Part shown: positions 8,750 to 17,067 of the stretch, piece after piece
How positions within the stretch are numbered: the first letter of the stretch is position 1
How the letters are laid out: every line of letters begins with the position of its first letter
Sequence record: LR756502.1
Strand: one strand, 5' to 3'
DNA length: 64,000 nt
Notes under the pieces: generated by a model
What the model saw: only the letters and a program-made list of their open reading frames with translations
Told to the model about the DNA's origin: nothing
The model's database searches: none
Program-made: the position numbers and the translations under genes

Positions 8750-9475
8750 ATGAACAGATTCGTATTTATAATACCATTTAGAAATGTATCAGCTTTTATA
8801 TCAGATTGCGCAACATCATTAATCAATCAGTCAAATAAGAACTGGATAGCTATATTCTGCGATGATGCGTCCACTGATGGTACAATTGATAAAATACCTA
8901 ATGATAGTAGATTTATAATAAAACGTAATAATGAGAGAGTTACTGCTCTACCAAATATTCACAACGGTATTGTTGACTCAAATCTTAATGATGATGATAT
9001 AATATGTATACTTGATGGAGATGATATGCTTATAAGAGCTGATGCGGTCGATATAATTGATAGATTATACTGTGATGATACATTACTAACATATGGTCAA
9101 TATATATGGCCTAATAATCAGGTTGGGCATTGTAAGGCTTATACCAAAGAAACATTTTCTCAACTTAGAACTGGTGGGTATTGGGCATCACATATAAGAA
9201 CATTTAAGTACAAGCTATATAAGGAGATGATGAATCAGGATCCTGGATTGTCTTGTTATAAAGATAAAGATGGTGAATTTTATAAGATTACTTATGATAT
9301 TGCCATAATGACACCTCTGATGGAGGTTGCTGGCTTTGATAAAATAAAGTTTAACCCAGATCCTGTTTATTATTATAGAATACATCAACAGAATGATCAC
9401 TTTGTGGATCCTAATTTACAAAAGAGTGTAGCAGATGAGATATTTGCAAAATCAAAATTTAAACAAGTTTTCTAA
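8750..9475 (+). CDS. GT2/GT-A glycosyltransferase
   Basis: IIPFRN, DDASTDGT, ILDGDD, YYYRIH. Confidence 0.85.
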   Translation: MNRFVFIIPFRNVSAFISDCATSLINQSNKNWIAIFCDDASTDGTIDKIPNDSRFIIKRNNERVTALPNIHNGIVDSNLNDDDIICILDGDDMLIRADAVDIIDRLYCDDTLLTYGQYIWPNNQVGHCKAYTKETFSQLRTGGYWASHIRTFKYKLYKEMMNQDPGLSCYKDKDGEFYKITYDIAIMTPLMEVAGFDKIKFNPDPVYYYRIHQQNDHFVDPNLQKSVADEIFAKSKFKQVF

Positions 9476-11067
9476 TGAAAGTCGGAGTTATCTTCTATCA
9501 CAAAAATATAACATCTATCTACCAAAGAGGTTGGATAGATGAGTGTGTCAATTCTATAATTAATCAATCATATAAGGACTTTGTAGTCTATGAACTTAAT
9601 TATGGTGATGATGATTTTGCTATACATAAGGAGTATGATATAAATGGTGAGATGCACTTCTTTAGAGAGAAATTTTCAAACCATGCTGATGCTATGAACT
9701 TTTTACTTGATAAGGCTGTTACCGATGGGTGTGATTGTGTTTTTAATACAAATATGGATGATAAATATCATATAGATAGATTTAAGATTCAGATAGACTA
9801 TATAAAAAGAGGATATGATTTAATTAGTTCTAACTTTATTCAAATAGATGCTAATGGTGCTGATGTAAGGCAAATGAATTTTTCAAAGATGGATATATAT
9901 GAAAACCTATCAAAAGACCATAATATAATTGCTCATCCGGTTGTTTGTTATAGTCGCAAATTCATAGAAGAAAATAGATATATGCCTGAGCAGATACCGA
10001 AAGAAGATCTACTTCTTTGGAGAAGAACTTGTCGTAGATATAAGTTTCATATATGTGATGAGCATCTATTGAGATATAGATTACACGGTAATCAAGTATC
10101 TGGTGTTAAGGTGGTTACTGATACATTAAATGTACAAGATTTAGTTGAGGATAAATCAACTCCTGATGTGGATCCTAACACTGTTAAATGGAGTGGTCCA
10201 TTCTCTGTTGCTAAAAAATCAAAGAAGTCAAATAAAGTTGGATTATTGATAATAGCAACCAATAAATATACAGAGTTTATACAGCCACTAATTGATAGTG
10301 CTGATGAGTTCTTTCTGAGTGGATATGACGTTACATACTTTATATTCACGAATAAAGAATTAGATGTGACTAGTAAAAGGAATATTATTAGTATTGATAC
10401 AATACATAAAGATTGGCCATGGATGACATTGGGTAGGTATAAAATATTTACAAGAAACTCTCCGATGCTTATGGATATGGATTATCTTTACTACTGTGAT
10501 GTTGATATGAAGTTTGTGTCGAATGTTGGTGATGAGATATTTGGTGACTTGGTCGCAACACAACACCCTGGATATTATGATAGGAGAGGATCTCCTGAGC
10601 AAAATGAAAAATCATTGGCCTTTATACCATCCAATTTAAAAACTCAGTATTTTGCTGGTGGGTTTAATGGTGGTAGTGTGGATGAGTTTCTTAAGATGTC
10701 TAGGATTCTATCCAAAAACATTGATATTGATTATAGTAATGGTATTGTTGCTATTTGGCATGATGAATCACATTTGAATAAGTATTTTTCTATGATAATC
10801 ACTCCAAGTGTTATACTTTCTCCAAGCTATTGTTATACAGAGAATAGTAATATTCCTTTTGAACAGAAGCTAATAGCTTTGAATAAGGATCACGATTTTT
10901 TTAGAGATGGAAAAGAAGAGAAGAAAGAAGAGAAAGAGGGGTCAAAAATAACTGATTTTGTTATAAACATAAATAAACAAAATATCAATAATAATACTTG
11001 TAGTTGTGGTGAAGTGAAAGATAAAAGATCCTTCAACTTTTGTCAAAAATGTCATAAACTATATTAA
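9475..11067 (+). CDS. Fusion: GT2-like domain + GT6 (ABO-type alpha-1,3-Gal/GalNAc transferase) + C-terminal Cys motif
   Basis: N-half NMDDKYH..RFKIQ, IAHPVV; C-half LLIIATNKY, YCDVDM, YFAGGFNGG, AIWHDESHLNKY; ends C-x-C...C-x2-C. Confidence 0.85.
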   Translation: MKVGVIFYHKNITSIYQRGWIDECVNSIINQSYKDFVVYELNYGDDDFAIHKEYDINGEMHFFREKFSNHADAMNFLLDKAVTDGCDCVFNTNMDDKYHIDRFKIQIDYIKRGYDLISSNFIQIDANGADVRQMNFSKMDIYENLSKDHNIIAHPVVCYSRKFIEENRYMPEQIPKEDLLLWRRTCRRYKFHICDEHLLRYRLHGNQVSGVKVVTDTLNVQDLVEDKSTPDVDPNTVKWSGPFSVAKKSKKSNKVGLLIIATNKYTEFIQPLIDSADEFFLSGYDVTYFIFTNKELDVTSKRNIISIDTIHKDWPWMTLGRYKIFTRNSPMLMDMDYLYYCDVDMKFVSNVGDEIFGDLVATQHPGYYDRRGSPEQNEKSLAFIPSNLKTQYFAGGFNGGSVDEFLKMSRILSKNIDIDYSNGIVAIWHDESHLNKYFSMIITPSVILSPSYCYTENSNIPFEQKLIALNKDHDFFRDGKEEKKEEKEGSKITDFVININKQNINNNTCSCGEVKDKRSFNFCQKCHKLY

Positions 11068-11098
11068 AATATAATGAACTAATAAAAACAAAAATGAG

Positions 11099-12400
11099 AT
11101 GAAAGAAATAGACGAAATATTATCTGACCTTACAGAGTACCTTAAGGAAAATAAGCCTAAATATCTTTATAACCAATCATTTATACCTGGTAAAAGTCAA
11201 GTTCTATACTCTGGTCCTTATTGGGATGAGCAAGAAATAATGGCTGCTATTACAACATTTATAACTGGTAAATGGGTTGTTGCTGGTGAAAATGTTCATA
11301 AGTTTGAGTCTGCCTTTTCGAAAATGTTTGGTGTTAAGTACTCACATATGGTCAATTCTGGTAGTTCCGCTAACCTTGTCTTGATTGCTGGGTTAAAGAA
11401 ACACTTTGGTTGGGAAGATGGTGATGAGGTAATAGTATCTCCTGTTGGATTTCCAACTACAATCTCAACACTTGTTCAGAATAACTTAGTTCCTGTTTTT
11501 ATAGACATAGAATATAATACTCTTAATTTTGATATTCACAAAATTGAGGAAAAGATAACACCAAAGACAAAGGCTATATTTGTATCTCCTGTTCTTGGTA
11601 ACGCACCTGATATGGATTTCCTTACAGAACTATGTAACAAGCATAATATAAAGTTAGTTGGAGATAGTTGTGATAGTCTTGGTTCTAAATGGGACGGTAA
11701 AGATCTAAGTAGCTATTATGTGGCTTGGTCATCATCTTTCTACCCAGCTCATCACATATCTACTGGTGAGGGTGGTATGGTTTGTACTGACATTGCTGAT
11801 CTAAAAAAGTTATTTATGAGCTTTTCTTGGTGGGGTAGAGATTGTCATTGTGTTGGATCTGCTAACCTTCTTCCTTGTGGAACTTGTGGTAATAGATTTG
11901 ATAAGTGGTTAGATTCATATGATGGTATAATTGATCATAAGTATGTATTTACTAATATGGGATATAATTTAAAGCCGATGGACTTACAAGGTTCAATTGG
12001 TTTGGTACAATTAACCAGATTTGCTGAAATAGATGTAAAGAGAAAGCATAGTAAGAAAACAATTGAGTCAATTTTATTGAGATATGTAGAAAACTTAAAG
12101 GGTGTTGAGATGTTGGATAAAGCAGATACTTGTTGGTTTGGTACACCATTTATATGTGAGTCTAAAGAATTGAAAGATAAGTTAGTTGCTTTCTTAGAGG
12201 GTAATAAGATTCAAACAAGAAACTACTTTGCTGGTAACATACTAATGCATCCAGCATATAGACACTTAGATGATTTGAATAAATATCCTAACTCTAATAA
12301 GGTATTGGATAAAGTATTCTTTTTAGGAGCGGCTCCTCACTATGATGAGTCTGTATTTAACTATATTGAAAATATATTTAAGGAGAAATGGGTAAATTAA
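11099..12400 (+). CDS. rfbH: CDP-4-keto-6-deoxyglucose 3-dehydrase (RfbH/DdhC, E1)
   Basis: SFYPAHHISTGEGG (His), WGRDCHC...C.TC Fe-S motif, YDHKY-like DHKYVFTNMGYNLK, TRNYFAGN. Confidence 0.9.
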   Translation: MKEIDEILSDLTEYLKENKPKYLYNQSFIPGKSQVLYSGPYWDEQEIMAAITTFITGKWVVAGENVHKFESAFSKMFGVKYSHMVNSGSSANLVLIAGLKKHFGWEDGDEVIVSPVGFPTTISTLVQNNLVPVFIDIEYNTLNFDIHKIEEKITPKTKAIFVSPVLGNAPDMDFLTELCNKHNIKLVGDSCDSLGSKWDGKDLSSYYVAWSSSFYPAHHISTGEGGMVCTDIADLKKLFMSFSWWGRDCHCVGSANLLPCGTCGNRFDKWLDSYDGIIDHKYVFTNMGYNLKPMDLQGSIGLVQLTRFAEIDVKRKHSKKTIESILLRYVENLKGVEMLDKADTCWFGTPFICESKELKDKLVAFLEGNKIQTRNYFAGNILMHPAYRHLDDLNKYPNSNKVLDKVFFLGAAPHYDESVFNYIENIFKEKWVN

Positions 12401-13806
12401 AAGTATTGGTGCTTGGTGATGGTCTACTTGGTAGTGAGATTGTTAAGCAGACTGGATGGGATTATGTTTCTAGAAAAAAGGATGGATTTGATATTAAGAA
12501 TATTCAATCCTTCTATAAATTATTCTTTGATACATTTGATGGTGTTGCTAATACCAGGAAATATGACATCGTATTAAACTGCATAGCGAATACAGACACC
12601 TACTCAAATGATAGGTCATCACATTGGTCTACTAATTATCAATTCGTTTATGATTTGATAAATTTTACCAATACACACAATATTAAAATGGTTCACATAT
12701 CAAGTGATTATGTGTATAGTGGATCATCTAATGAGGCATCTGAAAATGATGTTCCTGTTCATTGTAATAACTGGTATGGGTATACCAAGCTATTAGCTGA
12801 TGGGTTGGTTCAGTTGTCTTCTAATAACTATTTGTTATGTAGATGTACACATAAGCCATCTCCATTTCCATATGACTCTGCTTGGGTAGACCAAGTTGGT
12901 AATTTTGACTATGTTGATAAAATATCCGCCATTATTATTAATATGATTAATAATAACCTGGATGGTGTTTATAATGTTGGTACTGAACTAAAGACAATAT
13001 ATCAATTAGCATCAGCAACAAAGAATGTGTCACCAATATTATCTCCTGATAAAGCACCAAAAAATGTTTCTATGGATTTAAAGAAGTTGAGAAGGGCTTT
13101 ATATAATGATCCATTTCTATCAATTGCTATACCAGCATATGGGTATAATGGTAAAGGACATGAGTTTCTTGAATATAGCTTTTTCATAATGGAGAGTCAG
13201 ACATTCAAAGACTTTGAGGTAGTTGTATCTGATCATAGTGAGGATGATACTATTAAGAATTTATGTGATAATTGGAGTGATAGGTTGAGGATTAAATATG
13301 TCAGAAATGATATTGGTAGAGGCGTTATATCACCTAATTTAAATGTTGCAATGAAACATTGTAAAGGTGAGTGGATTAAGATATTATTTCAAGATGATTT
13401 TCTATATGACAGTGATTCTTTAAATCAAACTGTTAACTTTATTCTAAGTAACCCAGATTCTTCTTGGGTATCTACTAAATTTTGCCATAGTGATGATGGG
13501 TTGACCATGTATAGAGATCTATATCCTATATGGAATGATGATATGATAAGTGGTCACAATTCAATTGGATGTCCTAGTGTAATTTGTGTTAAGAATAATA
13601 ACGAAATGATGCTTTTTAATGAAGAGTTAAACTGGTTGATGGATTGTGAATACTATAAAAGAATGTATGATAAGTATGGATTTCCTCTAGTTATAGATAG
13701 TGTTACTGTTGTTAATAGATCCAATGGTGGTGATAGGCTAAGTGATACTATACCTCTTTCTGAAAAGAGAGCTGAGGTTGAAAAATTAAGATTGATTTAT
13801 GGTTAA
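12388..13806 (+). CDS. Fusion: RmlD-like sugar-nucleotide reductase + GT2 glycosyltransferase
   Basis: VLGDGLLGS, HISSDYVY, YGYTK; then SIAIPAY, VSDHSEDD, ILFQDDF, IGCPSV. Confidence 0.8.
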   Translation: MGKLKVLVLGDGLLGSEIVKQTGWDYVSRKKDGFDIKNIQSFYKLFFDTFDGVANTRKYDIVLNCIANTDTYSNDRSSHWSTNYQFVYDLINFTNTHNIKMVHISSDYVYSGSSNEASENDVPVHCNNWYGYTKLLADGLVQLSSNNYLLCRCTHKPSPFPYDSAWVDQVGNFDYVDKISAIIINMINNNLDGVYNVGTELKTIYQLASATKNVSPILSPDKAPKNVSMDLKKLRRALYNDPFLSIAIPAYGYNGKGHEFLEYSFFIMESQTFKDFEVVVSDHSEDDTIKNLCDNWSDRLRIKYVRNDIGRGVISPNLNVAMKHCKGEWIKILFQDDFLYDSDSLNQTVNFILSNPDSSWVSTKFCHSDDGLTMYRDLYPIWNDDMISGHNSIGCPSVICVKNNNEMMLFNEELNWLMDCEYYKRMYDKYGFPLVIDSVTVVNRSNGGDRLSDTIPLSEKRAEVEKLRLIYG

Positions 13807-14458
13807 TTTAGAAAATGTAACACTCATTGCCTTAACATCGGTTAAGATACCACAAACCATAAAGGCGTTGGAGTATAGCTGTAGAGGTATTAGGTTTGGG
13901 TCTGTTAAGTTGGTGTCTGATATAAAGCCAGATAATTTACCGTCTTATATAACTCACGAGTTTACTAATAAGATGTCTAATATTGATGAGTGGAACTATT
14001 CTGCAATATATGAGTTGGGTAAACATGTCGAGACGGAGTTTGCTATTCTTATACATGATGATGGGTTTATTGTAAATCCTGAATGTTGGAGAGATGAGTT
14101 TCTTGATTATGATTATATAGGAGCTCCTTGGCCGATACCAAATGATAGCTTTTCATTTAGAGATATAAATGGTGAGCTTATTAGATGTGGAAATAGTGTT
14201 TCTATTAGAAGTAAACGTCTTATAGACCTACCAGTTAAGCTAAATTTGGAGTGGAAACCATTTCATGGATTCTATAATGAGGATGGATTTATATGTGTGA
14301 ACTATAGACATATATATAAAGAGGCTGGTATGAGATTTGCTGATATTGAAGTTTCTAAGTACTTCTCACATGAGACAATTATCCCTGAGGTTTTGGGGAT
14401 AAAACCATTTGCATTTCATAAATGGAATGGTAGTAATCAAATTTATCCAAGATTCTAA
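13799..14458 (+). CDS. DUF5672-like putative glycosyltransferase
   Basis: ILIHDDGFIVN...FLDYDYIGAPW...NEDGFIC...PFAFH. Confidence 0.7.
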   Translation: MVNLENVTLIALTSVKIPQTIKALEYSCRGIRFGSVKLVSDIKPDNLPSYITHEFTNKMSNIDEWNYSAIYELGKHVETEFAILIHDDGFIVNPECWRDEFLDYDYIGAPWPIPNDSFSFRDINGELIRCGNSVSIRSKRLIDLPVKLNLEWKPFHGFYNEDGFICVNYRHIYKEAGMRFADIEVSKYFSHETIIPEVLGIKPFAFHKWNGSNQIYPRF

Positions 14459-15150
14459 TGATGAGTGATGCTTTTTTTGTAATAACCGATTATAACCACT
14501 TACCACAAGACATATCAGATTCTTGGGTAAATAAATATGCGAAAAATTATCTAATATATGATAGAGCTGATAGATGGGTAGAGTCTGATAATATTAAGAA
14601 ACAAATAAATGTTGGTGAGAATATCTATGATATGTTTGACTTTATAGTTAATAACTATTCTAACTTACCCGATGTTATGGTTTTTGTAAAAGCGGATGTT
14701 ATACCAAGACACTGTGGAGAGGAAAAATTTGCTAAAATAATTCATAATAAAGAATATACTCCAATTGAAAACTATTCAAGAACAGTTGCTGGGTACACAA
14801 ATGGAGCATACTCCTATGTTGATTCTGATGATGGATATATGGAGCGATCTAGTGAGATATCATATCTTCTTTCTCATATACATCCTGGTAAGTACTTCAA
14901 AACATATAATGATTTTTTATATGAGGTTTATGAGGATCCTGAATTTCCAGATTATATAAGATTTGCTCCTGGTGGATGTCATCTAATAACAAAGAAAGAT
15001 ATTTTAAAATATAATAAACATTTCTATGAGATGTTAAAAGAAGCTACTGGGTGGGATGTTAGACCAGGAGAGGCCTTTTTATTGGAGAGAGGTATATACA
15101 CTATTTTTAGAAATAGTTTCCGAATAAAAGAAAAATATAAAAATCAATGA
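14458..15150 (+). CDS. DUF3431-like protein
   Basis: NVGENIYD..DFIVNNYSNLPD, FAPGG...I, LLER. Confidence 0.55.
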   Translation: MMSDAFFVITDYNHLPQDISDSWVNKYAKNYLIYDRADRWVESDNIKKQINVGENIYDMFDFIVNNYSNLPDVMVFVKADVIPRHCGEEKFAKIIHNKEYTPIENYSRTVAGYTNGAYSYVDSDDGYMERSSEISYLLSHIHPGKYFKTYNDFLYEVYEDPEFPDYIRFAPGGCHLITKKDILKYNKHFYEMLKEATGWDVRPGEAFLLERGIYTIFRNSFRIKEKYKNQ

Positions 15151-16073
15151 TAACAACAAATTTAACAGGTAATTTTGGCAACCATATGTGGTATTATTCA
15201 ATATGTAGAATAGTTGCTGATAAACTTGGTTATGAATGGGGAGTTAATCCAGTAACAACACATGATTATTTTGGTGGCGCTAGTCAGTTCTATTTTATGG
15301 ATGTTGATTATGGTAAAAAAGTTACTCCTAATGGTAAAGATAAGAATGGTCTAAACGCATATGATGAGTGTCCAAATTTATATTCTGATAAGATTAAGGT
15401 CCATGTGTATCAAGGGGATAGCTGTTTAATAAATATGTATGATCCAGAAGTATTTAACATAGATGATAATACAATGGTTCATCTTATATCACAATCTGAA
15501 GATTACCTAATTGACCGTAAGTCTGAAATACTTAATTGGTTCAAAATAAAAGATGAGTATAGAGTATCATATGATGCTAAGTTGGATGAATTAGGTATAA
15601 AACTTGATGATGATACTTGTATTATAAACTTTAGAGGTGGTGAGTATGTTGGTGTTCCTAATCTAATAGCTCGTAGGGAATATTGGAGAGATAGTATTAA
15701 TCATATGTTGGGTATCAATCCAAATATGAAATTTGTTATAATAACAGATGACTTAAGGTCAGCACAATCATATATTGGGAATTATCCCTGTCATCATGTT
15801 GATGTTGGTTTTGATTTTTATGCTATCAATCAGAGCAAGTATTCAATTCTACCAAACTCTAGCTTTAGTTGGTGGGCTGGCTGGTTAAATCAAAACTCAA
15901 AGCTAATTATAGCCCCAAAATATTGGGCTAAACATAACATAAGCAATGGATACTGGTCACTTGGCGATTCCTATGCTAGATGCTTCAGTTATATGGATAG
16001 AGATGGTAATCTATCTGAGTATGATAAGTGTAGAGAGGATGCTATGGAATTCTATAAAAATAATAACTTGTGA
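15147..16073 (+). CDS. GT11 alpha-1,2-fucosyltransferase family
   Basis: GNFGNHMW, INFRGGEY, FVIITDD, NSSFSWWAGWL. Confidence 0.85.
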   Translation: MITTNLTGNFGNHMWYYSICRIVADKLGYEWGVNPVTTHDYFGGASQFYFMDVDYGKKVTPNGKDKNGLNAYDECPNLYSDKIKVHVYQGDSCLINMYDPEVFNIDDNTMVHLISQSEDYLIDRKSEILNWFKIKDEYRVSYDAKLDELGIKLDDDTCIINFRGGEYVGVPNLIARREYWRDSINHMLGINPNMKFVIITDDLRSAQSYIGNYPCHHVDVGFDFYAINQSKYSILPNSSFSWWAGWLNQNSKLIIAPKYWAKHNISNGYWSLGDSYARCFSYMDRDGNLSEYDKCREDAMEFYKNNNL

Positions 16074-16155
16074 TATTAAACAAAATCATAGTTATTTACT
16101 AAAATAGAAAATATATTACCAGGGCGGCTAGCTCTAATAAAAAATAACTATTTAT

Positions 16156-17064
16156 ATGAGTAAAATTTATGACTGCTTTCAATTCTTTAATGAATTAGAT
16201 CTACTAGAGATTAGACTAGAACTACTATATGATCACGTTGACTACTTTGTTATAAGTGAGACAAATAGAACACATGCTGATGGGTATAAAAAGATGTACT
16301 TTGAAGAAAATAAAGAATATTTTAAGAAGTATTTAGATAAGATAATTCATGTTAAGCATGACTACCCTCTTAATATATTGGATATGGGTAAGAAGGAAGG
16401 TACTGATAAATATAGTATGCAGTATAATAAAATATCAGAAAGATATGATATCGAAGAAAATGAAGGACAGTTAAAGAGATTTCCAACCTTTTGTAGAGAT
16501 TACTTACAGAAGGAGTTTATAAAATTTGGATTGATGGATTGTGAAGACGATGATTTGATAATGCTTTCTGATATGGATGAGATTCCTGATCCAAAGTTTG
16601 TTGATGAGGTAAGAGAGAAGAACCTATTTAATTATTGCTTTATGCAAGATTGTTATTACTATCATATAAATACACTTGCACACACTAATTGTTTTGGTAA
16701 TTATGTTGTTAAATATTCTGAAACGAAAGACGTATCACTTACACATTTGAAGAATAAAAGACTAACATTTGGAAAGCTTGAGAAAGCTGGATGGCACTTA
16801 AGTTTTATGGGTGGTGTTGATAGAGTTAAAACAAAAATTGAAAGTTATGCTCATCAGGAGTATAATAACCCATTCTATAAAAATAGAATTGAAAATAGTA
16901 TTAATAATGGTAGTGATATCTATGGTAGAGCTCCTTATACTGGAGCAGATGCTGTTGGCATGGAGTTTTATTTTGATAAAATGAAGGAAATTAATGTATC
17001 TGATGTTTATCCTGATAAAATGATAGATTTAATAAAACAAAAATATAGTTATTTAATAAAATAG
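16156..17064 (+). CDS. GT17 (MGAT3-like) beta-1,4-GlcNAc transferase family
   Basis: KIYDCFQFFNELDLLEIRL, VDYFVISE, SDMDEIP, GWHLSF, KIESYAHQEYN. Confidence 0.85.
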   Translation: MSKIYDCFQFFNELDLLEIRLELLYDHVDYFVISETNRTHADGYKKMYFEENKEYFKKYLDKIIHVKHDYPLNILDMGKKEGTDKYSMQYNKISERYDIEENEGQLKRFPTFCRDYLQKEFIKFGLMDCEDDDLIMLSDMDEIPDPKFVDEVREKNLFNYCFMQDCYYYHINTLAHTNCFGNYVVKYSETKDVSLTHLKNKRLTFGKLEKAGWHLSFMGGVDRVKTKIESYAHQEYNNPFYKNRIENSINNGSDIYGRAPYTGADAVGMEFYFDKMKEINVSDVYPDKMIDLIKQKYSYLIK

Positions 17065-17067
17065 AAT

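Noticed and set aside
16121-16135. Short GC-rich hairpin AGGGC-GGCTA-GCTCT before the GT17 gene
   Set aside because: Only 5 bp with one G-U; could be a processing or operator site but is unsupported.
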